Positions 20,832 to 30,194 of a stretch of 64,000 bases of DNA are shown one piece after another; within the stretch, counting starts at the first letter, position 1; every line of letters begins with the position of its first letter. The translations under genes were made by a program, and so were the position numbers. The stretch comes from Candidatus Poribacteria bacterium (GTDB lineage: Bacteria > Poribacteria > WGA-4E > WGA-3G). The notes under the pieces were generated by a model, which saw only the letters and a list, made by a program, of their open reading frames with translations, was not told the origin of the DNA and did not search any database. The stretch lies in contig OZ243938.1 in the NCBI GenBank assembly GCA_965214095.1, positions 512,001-576,000 of the forward strand, read 5' to 3'.

Positions 20832-22408
20832 ACAGTTCCCCCTTCACGTCGATTCCACCACACAACTAAACCTGCAATAAACACAACCAACGGTATAAGG
20901 AAGATTGCAGTTATTTGTACAACACCTGCTTGTTGCGGAGTCATGCTGCGTAATTTCTGGTTGTTTCTATCTGGTTCAGTAATAGCAATTAGGTCGCCAT
21001 CTTCGGTAAGCCAATTCACTGAAGTCAGTAATAAACCTTGATTTGCCTTTTTCAAATCAAGGTTTGTAGCAAAATTTGAACAACCAAATACCACGATTCG
21101 AGTAGGACTTATCTCATCGGTATCATTTGTATCCACCAAAACGTGTTTTTCAACAGCAACAGCAAAAGACACAGGAGCAGGAAGATCAATTCCGGCAGTA
21201 TAACCATTACCACTGAACTTCCCATCAGGCATTCGTTCTTTTTCTGCCCAACTTACGCCTAATGCACTGACAGTCTTTGCAAGTGACTTAACAGAGAGTT
21301 CTGATTTTATTTCATCTTTAGGTGATACAGAACGCGTCTTAGGGAATGCAAGATAAGGATCTAATTGTCGTGTAATTTCATGCTGTTCAAAATTAGGAAA
21401 AGGTGCACTCGATCCTCTCATCACATCAAATGCAAACCTATCAACCACCAAATCATTACCAACCGACACTCCCCACTTTGACATAAGTTGCACAAGTCTC
21501 TTATTGACATCTTCAGATGACTCTGATGGGTGGAATAACAACAATAGTTTTCCATTCTTATCTATATATCTGCTAATTTTATCTATTTCATTAGTTGTTA
21601 ATGTTTCTGTCGGTCCCACAATTGCAAGTAGATCACAATTTGAGGGAATATCTGCTTCTGTAAGAAACGATAGTGTTATAGGTTCGTAATTCTGATTTTC
21701 TAATGCTTTCTTGAATTCACTGAGACCGAATTGAGTTAAATCATTGATTTCATATTCCCCATGTCCAACCAAAAAATATATCTTCTTGGTTTTGTTCTGA
21801 ATAAGTTTGAGAACTGCACTCGCAAATTTCTGCTCACTGACAATAGTCACCTCTTCTTGTCTGTCTTTAGAACTAAACACAACAGTCCCATCCCTGAGCC
21901 TATGATCTACACGTTGGACATCTATGTATGGATCCTTTAATGCTACAGTGATGAATTCTGATTCGCGTTGGAACAACTCTAATTTATGCATAGCGCGGAT
22001 TGCCAACTGTGAATTTTCATCACTGTAGAAGGCTATAATCTCCACATCTTTATCCAGAGAATTTAGAATCTTTTTCGTCTGTTCGGATAACGAATTGTCT
22101 TGTAACTCTGTTAAATCTAAACTCATATCAAAACGTTGTGAAACTATGACGTTCACAAAAACGGCAATTCCTATTATACCAATTACACTTAGAGCAACGT
22201 TAGTCCCATACCGTAATTGCCGACTGACAAACAAGTCAACAAAATCTTGGTAGTGTAAGACAGCAAGAACAGCCAATGTCGCTATAAAGAGAATAAGGAA
22301 GATCCAAAATACTAACCATGCCTTTAGAGATAGACAGGCAATTGAGATAAAACAGAAAATTAATGCAAGGAAACCAACTATCGGTCCTGCAACGTTTTTT
22401 CTTGACAC
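20828..22408 (-). CDS. GldG-like ABC transporter auxiliary component
   Basis: DLT...SLSEQTKKIL, IYFLVGHGE and SVNWL motifs; C-terminal TM helix. Confidence 0.85.
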   Translation of the reverse strand: MSRKNVAGPIVGFLALIFCFISIACLSLKAWLVFWIFLILFIATLAVLAVLHYQDFVDLFVSRQLRYGTNVALSVIGIIGIAVFVNVIVSQRFDMSLDLTELQDNSLSEQTKKILNSLDKDVEIIAFYSDENSQLAIRAMHKLELFQRESEFITVALKDPYIDVQRVDHRLRDGTVVFSSKDRQEEVTIVSEQKFASAVLKLIQNKTKKIYFLVGHGEYEINDLTQFGLSEFKKALENQNYEPITLSFLTEADIPSNCDLLAIVGPTETLTTNEIDKISRYIDKNGKLLLLFHPSESSEDVNKRLVQLMSKWGVSVGNDLVVDRFAFDVMRGSSAPFPNFEQHEITRQLDPYLAFPKTRSVSPKDEIKSELSVKSLAKTVSALGVSWAEKERMPDGKFSGNGYTAGIDLPAPVSFAVAVEKHVLVDTNDTDEISPTRIVVFGCSNFATNLDLKKANQGLLLTSVNWLTEDGDLIAITEPDRNNQKLRSMTPQQAGVVQITAIFLIPLVVFIAGLVVWWNRREGGTV

Positions 22409-22411
22409 GGT

Positions 22412-23137
22412 TTATCTCCATTTTGAAGATTCAATTGACTTGAATGTTGCAAATAAACAGACACAGGTAAAACTGACATAGTAGACCACATCTTTAACCA
22501 GGATTGCACCGCGTGGAAAATCGCTGAAATGTTCACTAAATGATAGATACTTTAAGAAGTTACCAATAGTACCACCACGGTCAGAGACAGCTCCAATTAC
22601 CCACAATGCTAATAAAAAACCAAAACTTGTCAAGGCAGCCACAATCTGATTTTTGCTCATTGATGACATCATTAAACCGAAAGCAAGAAAACATGAACCA
22701 AGCAGAGTGAGTCCAAGATAACCACTAAAAATAAGACCAACATCTAATGGACCGAATCGCTGTGTCAGAAATGGAAAAATAAGTGTGAGTCCGAGCATTA
22801 TGATAAGCAGTGTCCAACTTGCAAGATATTTTCCAAGAACTACCTGACTATCAGTAATGGGAGAGGTAAGAAGCAGTTCAATCGTACCAGATTTACGTTC
22901 TTCTGCAAATAGTTTCATTGTCAATACTGGAGTAAAAAAGAGAAGAATAGTTGCCATTATTCCGAAGGTCGACTGCATCACTCCATTACCAAAACCATTA
23001 TTATTGCTTGATACTATCAGGAAAAACTGGAATAGATAACCAGAAATTGCTGCAAAGACAAAACACACAAAATAGGCAACAGGAGATACAAAATATGTAT
23101 ATAGTTCTTTGGTGCAAACGGCAAATATGTTTCTCAT
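22412..23137 (-). CDS. GldF-like ABC-2 type permease
   Basis: KELYTYFVSPVAY, TMKLFAEERKSGTIELLLTSP and SKNQIVAA motifs. Confidence 0.9.
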   Translation of the reverse strand: MRNIFAVCTKELYTYFVSPVAYFVCFVFAAISGYLFQFFLIVSSNNNGFGNGVMQSTFGIMATILLFFTPVLTMKLFAEERKSGTIELLLTSPITDSQVVLGKYLASWTLLIIMLGLTLIFPFLTQRFGPLDVGLIFSGYLGLTLLGSCFLAFGLMMSSMSKNQIVAALTSFGFLLALWVIGAVSDRGGTIGNFLKYLSFSEHFSDFPRGAILVKDVVYYVSFTCVCLFATFKSIESSKWR

Positions 23138-23180
23138 TTGTCTGTGATGTCGGGTGGATTGAGTGCTAAGGAATACTAAC

Positions 23181-23283
23181 TATAGTGAATTATAAATATA
23201 AATTGACACTTTCGCCCCCCGGTAGGCGAGGTTTCCTAACCTCGCCGATGCAGAGTGTTCAAGTAATTTCAAAATCTACTATA
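23181..23283. mobile_element. Family C MITE-like element, copy 2
   Basis: TATAGTGAATT...AATCTACTATA, 103 bp; overlaps the 3' end of the gene at 23259. Confidence 0.85.
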
Positions 23284-24011
23284 AAATGTTTATGGACTTT
23301 TCCTACAAAGAATGGACCGAGAGATTCTATATACTTTGTCGTCTGCTCTGTTTTCCGCATATCTTGAATCAGTCGTGACAGGGGATATAATTCTTTTCCA
23401 ACTAAACCGATAACAAACTCATTGTCATTCGTATCTAAACCGAAGCAAGCCAAACGTATGTCACTGGCATAACTTCCAGCAGCATAACTTCGTCCAAGCA
23501 TCGCATGTTCACCAAGAATTCTACCACGATCAGATGGATCCAGTTGATAAAAATCTGGTCTTCGTCGGAGAGGATACCAAATCGCCCACGGAAAGTCTGG
23601 GTTGAGGACATTGTTGCGCGGTTTGTTGATAAGCCATTCTTCCAAATTAGGTTCTCTTCCACTTGAATAGGTGCGTCCTATCATCGTCATTTCTGGACGA
23701 TATGTGAGGTGACAATTGGCTATTAGACTCTTTAATGAAATTCGGGAACTGGTCATTAATGTTGCAGGGTCTTGAGCCATAAAAAGCACACCAACTCCCG
23801 TTGGGTGATTTAGATCGTCGTATAGAACCTTATTTGATTTTCCCTTACCAAGTGTCTCAATTACACTTGTTGGATCGTGACAATCTTTGAATACATGGAG
23901 TTGAAAGTACAGCCTCTGATCACTATATTGTGGTTCTCCATCAATAGGAGCACCCATCTCACGTATATCTACTGGTTCGGGACGTTTTGGTCTAGTTGGT
24001 TTGGATTGCAT
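23259..24011 (-). CDS. Chlorite dismutase/coproheme decarboxylase (ChdC/HemQ) family protein
   Basis: WYPLRR...FYQL...RILGEHAMLG...FGLDTNDNEFV...MRKTE...GPFFVG. Confidence 0.82.
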   Translation of the reverse strand: MQSKPTRPKRPEPVDIREMGAPIDGEPQYSDQRLYFQLHVFKDCHDPTSVIETLGKGKSNKVLYDDLNHPTGVGVLFMAQDPATLMTSSRISLKSLIANCHLTYRPEMTMIGRTYSSGREPNLEEWLINKPRNNVLNPDFPWAIWYPLRRRPDFYQLDPSDRGRILGEHAMLGRSYAAGSYASDIRLACFGLDTNDNEFVIGLVGKELYPLSRLIQDMRKTEQTTKYIESLGPFFVGKVHKHFIVDFEIT

Positions 24012-24042
24012 TGTGTCTGTTGCGGTTTCCTTGCTGGCTGGG

Positions 24043-25626
24043 TTAACGTTTTGTGTTATACGAATCCCGAATCCACTGTTCTAATATTGGATCGGGATCT
24101 TCAACGACCTGTATTGGAAATGTGAATGAAGTTTGTCCGGTATTCTGCTTTATTAAATTCAAACCGTGTTGATAACTTGACAGGATTTCATCACAGATCT
24201 CTTTCACTGTCTTTTCTTGTGACACTACCCGTTCACAGATGGCATCCGTAGCATCGTCATCAAACTTTATTTCTAAGCCGTGGTCAGTATTAAACTGGTA
24301 TTCATATCTCCGAACATGTTCTTTTGAAATAGTGTTTTGATTATATACACTATCTTCTATAATCTGATGCAACAATTTATCAGGGGCTTCTACAACATCT
24401 GCAGTGACAATAAATTCGGAGGTACTCGTTGATGGGAGTTCAAATTTATAGTTCCTTAATATCCTTTCACAGACAGTCATCAAGGCACGTGCACCTGTTT
24501 TCTGTTCAATAGCTTGTTCTGCTATTCTTCTTAAACCACAATCAGCAAAAAGCACTGAAATACCGTAAGCATTGAACGCATTTTCATATTGGCGGATAAT
24601 AGAACCTTCAGAATGTTTCAATATATAAAAAAGATCGTCTACCTCCAATTCATTACAGACGACATGCACAGGTAAACGTCCTATAAATTCTGGTTCAAAA
24701 CCAAAATCAATAAAGTCCTTTGGTGTAACATGCGCAAGATATTGTGCTGCATCTTCATTCTGGCTTGCTACATCAGCATTAAAACCTATTCTGCTCTGAT
24801 GCCTGCGTTTCTTAATAATCTTTTCCATACCAGTGAACGCACCACTAATAATGAACAGAATATGACGGGTGTTGATCACCTCTTTGTCAACTTTCCCGCG
24901 TTTCTGAAATTCCATTGCAGCTCTCATCTGAGAAGCAACATCGTTACCAGAACGTAGGTCTACTTCAGTTTCCTCCATCAATTTCAGCAGTCCAATCTGT
25001 ACACCACGTCCACTAACATCGCGTCCGATGATATTCGGTGGTGTAGCGATTTTGTCCGCTTCATCAAGATAGATAATCCCGTATTGAGCCAGTTCAAGGT
25101 TGTCGTCCGCTTGCGTAACAAGTTCACGGATTAAGTCGTCAACATTCGCACCAACATAACCCGTTTCACTGAATCGTGTTGCATCTGCTTTTACAAATGG
25201 AACTCCGATGAGCTTGGCAATATGTCTTATCAGATATGTTTTACCCACACCTGTTGGTCCAAGCATAACGATGTTCTGTTTGGAGTAGTCTGTATCAGCT
25301 GCATCAGGATTTTCGTGGCATTCTCGGACGTGATTGTAGTGATCGCATACAGCAATAGCAAGTGCCTTTTTAGCATCATCCTGTTTAATGACATACCTGT
25401 CTAAATACTGCTTAATGTCTTTTGGTTTTAGATCGAACTTCAGGTCAAATGTATCTTGAGGTTCTGGTATGTCTTTGTCAGTTGTGTCTGGTGAGATATT
25501 GCGACCACTAACATTGTCAAGACGTATACCGATACCAACACCGTATTTTTTCTCCAAATTCTCTTTGAATTCTTGAAGTTCCTTTTGCAGTTCTTCTTGT
25601 GTTGGGAATTTTTTATCGGAATTCAT
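24043..25626 (-). CDS. ClpX-like AAA+ ATPase lacking the zinc-binding domain
   Basis: YLDRYVIKQDDAKKALAIAV, GPTGVGKT, ETGYVG, YLDEADKI, RDVSGRGVQ, IGF loop, PEFIGRLP and TGARAL motifs. Start set to ATG 25626. Confidence 0.88.
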   Translation of the reverse strand: MNSDKKFPTQEELQKELQEFKENLEKKYGVGIGIRLDNVSGRNISPDTTDKDIPEPQDTFDLKFDLKPKDIKQYLDRYVIKQDDAKKALAIAVCDHYNHVRECHENPDAADTDYSKQNIVMLGPTGVGKTYLIRHIAKLIGVPFVKADATRFSETGYVGANVDDLIRELVTQADDNLELAQYGIIYLDEADKIATPPNIIGRDVSGRGVQIGLLKLMEETEVDLRSGNDVASQMRAAMEFQKRGKVDKEVINTRHILFIISGAFTGMEKIIKKRRHQSRIGFNADVASQNEDAAQYLAHVTPKDFIDFGFEPEFIGRLPVHVVCNELEVDDLFYILKHSEGSIIRQYENAFNAYGISVLFADCGLRRIAEQAIEQKTGARALMTVCERILRNYKFELPSTSTSEFIVTADVVEAPDKLLHQIIEDSVYNQNTISKEHVRRYEYQFNTDHGLEIKFDDDATDAICERVVSQEKTVKEICDEILSSYQHGLNLIKQNTGQTSFTFPIQVVEDPDPILEQWIRDSYNTKR

Positions 25627-25903
25627 AGTTATACATTTATGGTAAAGTATAAAATTACATCTACCCTTTCTATCCACAGTAGGTGAGGTTTCCTAACCTC
25701 GCTTAATCTTTTCGGAATTCATAGTTATACATTTATGGTAAAGTATAAAATTATATCTACACTTTCTATCCACGGTAGGCGAGGTTTCCTAACCTCGCTT
25801 AATCTTTTCGGAATTTATAGTTATACATTTATGGTAAAGTATAAAATTATATCTACACTTTCTACCCACGGTAGGCGAGGTTTCCTAACCTCGCTTAATC
25901 TTT
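25616..25903. repeat. Tandem repeat, 3 x 96 bp, each unit containing a GTAG REP
   Basis: Units start with TCGGAATT at 25616, 25712 and 25808; each contains GTAGG(C/T)GAGGTTTCCTAACCTCGC. Confidence 0.92.
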
Positions 25904-27445
25904 GACATTCGCATAAAAGAACGGCGGCATAGTTAATGCCACAACATCATCTTCTCCAGAGATTTCACGTGCCATTGCGAGTGCATCATCCAAGTTCTTT
26001 GCCCATTCCACTCCTAAACGTTGTGCCACTCTCGGTTCTTTCGGTCCAACCAAAATCACTTTTGACAAATACTTTAACGGATAAGTTGCCCAATACCAGA
26101 CGGTAAATGGATGAAAACCGTGATGGGCATACTTGTTGCGATAACAATCAATTAAATACTCGTCTTTTGCGTATTTTTCCTGATACTTCTGCTGCATTTC
26201 AAACGGTTCGGTTGTATCCTCCAACACTTCTTCATAGAACATCTTATATGCCACGTGATATTCCTCGTGAAATATCTCATAAGTTGGATTCATTATGATA
26301 ACAACCCCATTCTCTTTTATTATCGGTTTGTTGTAGAACCAATTGAACACATATCCCAATATGTCACTTACAACCAAAACTGGATTGATTCGCGCATCGA
26401 CCGCATAAGGACTCATATCGGGTAAGCCAAACACTAAGGTACTATATTGTCGTGGAATATCTATGGCTAACTGATCCTTCATCAAGGCAAGTGTTTCTGC
26501 GTGCACCGCATCAATATCACCTGCATTAACTGCCATCGGTTCGTAGTCTGTCTGCACACTCTTTAGTATATTATACCTTACTGATTCTGGCAATATGGAT
26601 AAGGTAAGTGGAGTGAAGGCTTTTACAACCTTTTCAACGATGTTGCAGTCTTTATTCGGTTTTCCAACATAACGGAGGTGGAACGGATAAATAGCACCAT
26701 TCATAGCCGCTTCAAGAACAAAAACCGGAGTCTCTTTCTGAATAAGTCGACTCATCCGCTCAATACAAGCGTGCATATTTGAACCTTCAGGTTGCATCAC
26801 ATGTGGACAATCAGATGTCATGTGGGGAGAGTGATGCGGCGCGATGGAGTTATATGTGCCAAGTCCTACTGCAACAGATTTATGACCACCATTCAACGGA
26901 ATTTGTATCATATCAACATATATAATCAGATCCACATCAAGCGCAGATTTATCTGTCTCAACGACTTCGTCCTGTTCTGTTTTCCCCACTTCAACAATCT
27001 GTTCAGCATCCTCAGCGTCAAAATTACGAAGTTGATGAGGATAGAACTCATCCATGATGTCTTTCCCTAACATATACTCAAGTTCATGTTCCTTCATTTT
27101 ACGATGAAGCGCAACAGCACACATGAGTTCTATATTCTTCTTTTCTACACCATACTCATACAACAACTTCAAAAGTGTTTCAGTCATGATTTGACGTAGA
27201 TCAGGTTTCTTGGTCGCAGGAAAAGGTTGGCAATTGTCATCAAAAAGGATAAGAACTTTTGAATTTCCGTCTACGAGTTCTCGTAACGGAGGCATGTCAA
27301 GTGGGTTTTCAAAAGCTTGTTGTGTCTGTTCACTGAGTGCAGCACGTTTGATACCTGGAATTGGAGGTTTTGCAAAAAATACGTCTGAGTTATCAGGTAT
27401 TTTTGCATTGACAAGATGGTTGCCGAAGTATGTGAAGTATTTCAT
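25895..27445 (-). CDS. Lactate racemase (LarA/DUF2088) domain protein
   Basis: PLDMPPLRELV...LILFDD...AVALHRKM...GGHKSV pattern of the LarA N-terminal domain. Confidence 0.75.
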   Translation of the reverse strand: MKYFTYFGNHLVNAKIPDNSDVFFAKPPIPGIKRAALSEQTQQAFENPLDMPPLRELVDGNSKVLILFDDNCQPFPATKKPDLRQIMTETLLKLLYEYGVEKKNIELMCAVALHRKMKEHELEYMLGKDIMDEFYPHQLRNFDAEDAEQIVEVGKTEQDEVVETDKSALDVDLIIYVDMIQIPLNGGHKSVAVGLGTYNSIAPHHSPHMTSDCPHVMQPEGSNMHACIERMSRLIQKETPVFVLEAAMNGAIYPFHLRYVGKPNKDCNIVEKVVKAFTPLTLSILPESVRYNILKSVQTDYEPMAVNAGDIDAVHAETLALMKDQLAIDIPRQYSTLVFGLPDMSPYAVDARINPVLVVSDILGYVFNWFYNKPIIKENGVVIIMNPTYEIFHEEYHVAYKMFYEEVLEDTTEPFEMQQKYQEKYAKDEYLIDCYRNKYAHHGFHPFTVWYWATYPLKYLSKVILVGPKEPRVAQRLGVEWAKNLDDALAMAREISGEDDVVALTMPPFFYANVKD

Positions 27446-27563
27446 TATAGAAATCTATTATTGTTATTATATTGTATAATTACTATGATCTGAATTTTTA
27501 CCTATTTTAGCACAATTAGAGGAACAGTGCAAGATTATTTTCGTTATACCAGTGCCTCCAATC

Positions 27564-27785
27564 CAGGGTTATTTAGTTTTAAGTATTTTCCAAAATAGAG
27601 ATTTGCTAAAAGTTAATACCCAAGAAGGTAGGTGCGGTTTCCTAACCGCACCGGAACCCACAAGAAAACTGACTATGAAAGGTTTTAGCACAAAGCCGGT
27701 TCGGTTAGGAAACCGAACCTACCGGCCTGGGGCATTTAGCATTTGTGAAAAAAGGACAAGAATTACCGAAAACTAAATAACCTTG
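27564..27785. mobile_element. Family E MITE-like element (222 bp) with a 9-bp target-site duplication
   Basis: TIR CAGGGTTATTTAGTTTT...AAAACTAAATAACCTTG; flanking direct repeat CCTCCAATC at 27555-27563 and 27786-27794; inverted REPs at 27628-27652 and 27698-27722. Confidence 0.9.
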
Positions 27786-27802
27786 CCTCCAATCATTAAC
27801 TT

Positions 27803-27831
27803 TTGCAATAATTGGGTAAAGATGGTATAAT
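27803..27831 (+). promoter_or_regulatory. Sigma70-type promoter with extended -10
   Basis: TTGCAA-17 nt-TATAAT with TG two bases upstream of the -10; ATG follows 6 nt after it. Confidence 0.6.
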
Positions 27832-27837
27832 TTACAA

Positions 27838-28623
27838 ATGGGATTTAAGATAGAAGAAATTCCTGGAAATGAGGCATCCATCATAGAGAACAGCGAGTCG
27901 GTACTCACCTATTGTTATGGTGATGGTGTGCCTTCTTCATATTTTCATCCGGTGTATGCGCCAAATGGAGAAAACATAACACAGGAATATGCAGAGGATA
28001 ATCAATCCGGACTCTGTTTCTCTTTAGGTACAGTATTTGATGCCACGAATGAAAAAGTTAATCTAAATAGAAATAACACGACTCTTGAATCTGAAATCAC
28101 AGAGACAGATACATCTGGAGTTTGTGTTAATCTAATTGGTAAGACTCAGTGGAAATGTTCAAATATTGAGATTTTAGAGATATGTAGCACTACAGTTCAT
28201 TCATTAACAAACAATGTACGGAATATCGATATAACTATTGAAATCCATGCAGATACACATCCAATTACATTTATGGATAATATAGGACTTGGATATTCTG
28301 CAGCCGAAATGGAACATAGAAAAACCGCAAATGCAGATGGACGAATTGGTGAATTAGAAGTCAACCAACAATCATCAGAGTGGGCAACGTTATGTGGGAT
28401 ATCGGCAAATGCTACAGTTGGAGTGGCTATTCTTCCCCATCCAAGCAATGGTAAAACATCTTTCTTGGTAAAGGATGCCTACCAAGGATACTTGTTCGCA
28501 CAGACACCTCAGTTTACATTAGATGCGAATACATCGCAGACCTTAAAATACCGCGTGCTTATTTATGTTGGAGACATATTTACAATTGACTTAGACCAAT
28601 ATTATGATAGCTACATAGTATAA
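27838..28623 (+). CDS. PmoA-like/DUF6807 family hypothetical protein
   Basis: SYFHPVYAPNGENIT, VGVAILPHPSN and LKYRVLIY segments typical of this family. Confidence 0.6.
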   Translation: MGFKIEEIPGNEASIIENSESVLTYCYGDGVPSSYFHPVYAPNGENITQEYAEDNQSGLCFSLGTVFDATNEKVNLNRNNTTLESEITETDTSGVCVNLIGKTQWKCSNIEILEICSTTVHSLTNNVRNIDITIEIHADTHPITFMDNIGLGYSAAEMEHRKTANADGRIGELEVNQQSSEWATLCGISANATVGVAILPHPSNGKTSFLVKDAYQGYLFAQTPQFTLDANTSQTLKYRVLIYVGDIFTIDLDQYYDSYIV

Positions 28624-28669
28624 GATTTTGTAGATGATGTAATATAACTCTTGATTATATAGTTTTCTT

Positions 28670-30094
28670 ATGAAGCAAAAATCCGCTTTCCCAATTTACA
28701 AACCAGAATATCAAGATCATCCAGATTCAAGGTTGATTGCACAACCTTCTGACATGAGTGTACGTGCCACGGAAATTAAAAATCGTATGGCGCGTAAAGT
28801 CTTTATTGAAACTTACGGGTGTCAGATGAATGTCAGTGATAGCGAACTAATGGCTGGAATCTTAACACAATCTGGACACCAAACTGTTTCCGATATTGAA
28901 GATGCGGATGTTATCTTACTCAATACTTGTGCTATTCGTGAAAACGCTGAAACGAAAGTCATCAACCGCCTTGAACATCTAAATTATCGGAAACGCAGAG
29001 AAAGTAATCTTGTTATCGGTGTTTGTGGATGTATGGCACAACATCTGCGAGACAAACTTCTGGAAGCAGCACCCTATGTTGATATTATAATGGGACCTGA
29101 CGCATATCGGAATCTGCCGATGGCACTGAATGCAGTAGTCAGCGGAGACCCATATCTCGGTCTACAGTTGGACAAGGGTGAAGACTATGCTGATATATCA
29201 CCAATACGTAAAGAAGGTATCCGAGCATGGCTCACAATTCAACGCGGATGCGATAAAATGTGCACCTTTTGCATTGTTCCCTTTGTTCGTGGGAGAGAGC
29301 GGAGCATACCTCTAAATATATTGAAAGATGATGTTGAGAGACTTGTAGATGAAGGTTTCAAAGAGATTGTACTACTTGGGCAAACAGTCAACTCCTATCA
29401 TGATGGAAAACACGATTTCGGTGAACTGCTCTGGTCAATGGCTGAAGTAGAAGGTATTGAACGTGTGCGATTTACATCACCACACCCAGCAGATGCAACT
29501 GACAGTATGATAGATGCAATGGAGAATTCTCCTAAGGTCTGCAAACAACTCCACCTACCATTACAATCCGGTTCAACTCAAGTATTAGAACGTATGCGAC
29601 GAACATACACCGCAGAAGAATATCGCAAACTCGTTTACAAACTCAGGGAACGTATACCACAAATCGCACTTTCAACAGATGTAATCGTTGGCTTTTGTGG
29701 CGAAACAGAAGAAGATTTCAACAAAACCTACACCTTAATGGAAGAAATCCAATTTGATTCTGCATTTATGTTCAAATACTCTGATCGGGATGGCACATTA
29801 GCAAATAAAATGTTGGATGACGATGTGCCAGAATCAGAAAAATCGCGTAGGTTAAATGAGATTATCACACTTCAAGAGCAAATTTCCGCTGAAATCAATC
29901 AAACAAAGGTAGGAACTACTGTACCTGTTTTGGTCGAAGGAAATAGCAGGCGTGACAACGAACAATATTATGGAAAATCTGATACATTCAAAACTACAGT
30001 GTTCCCAAAGGAAAACGCACAGATAGGTGACATCGTCAACGTTGAAATCCATTCTGCTACTGCACATACATTGATTGGTCAGATTGTACGGTGA
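28670..30094 (+). CDS. miaB: tRNA-2-methylthio-N6-dimethylallyladenosine synthase
   Basis: ETYGCQMNVSDSE, LNTCAIRE, GCDKMCTFCIVP, RGRERS and RFTSPHP motifs; C-terminal TRAM domain. Confidence 0.95.
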   Translation: MKQKSAFPIYKPEYQDHPDSRLIAQPSDMSVRATEIKNRMARKVFIETYGCQMNVSDSELMAGILTQSGHQTVSDIEDADVILLNTCAIRENAETKVINRLEHLNYRKRRESNLVIGVCGCMAQHLRDKLLEAAPYVDIIMGPDAYRNLPMALNAVVSGDPYLGLQLDKGEDYADISPIRKEGIRAWLTIQRGCDKMCTFCIVPFVRGRERSIPLNILKDDVERLVDEGFKEIVLLGQTVNSYHDGKHDFGELLWSMAEVEGIERVRFTSPHPADATDSMIDAMENSPKVCKQLHLPLQSGSTQVLERMRRTYTAEEYRKLVYKLRERIPQIALSTDVIVGFCGETEEDFNKTYTLMEEIQFDSAFMFKYSDRDGTLANKMLDDDVPESEKSRRLNEIITLQEQISAEINQTKVGTTVPVLVEGNSRRDNEQYYGKSDTFKTTVFPKENAQIGDIVNVEIHSATAHTLIGQIVR

Positions 30095-30194
30095 ATTCAC
30101 ATAGGTTATCTATAACCGCCTTTTCATATTAAGTTCGCTATGTGGGTATCACATAGAAGTAAATGAAGAAGATTTCTCTCAAGGGATTACAACT

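Noticed and set aside
23185-23367. ORFs with MNYKYKLTLS..GRRGFLTSP (also 18772-18960) and similar ORFs at 27552, 54440 and 61855
   Set aside because: They derive from repeat elements and overlap real genes on the opposite strand or lack an RBS.
25616-25903. Possible CRISPR array
   Set aside because: The segments between hairpins are near-identical rather than unique spacers, and there are no cas genes.
27838-28623. Particulate methane monooxygenase
   Set aside because: The protein is soluble with no pmoB/pmoC; the PmoA label of this family does not imply methanotrophy.
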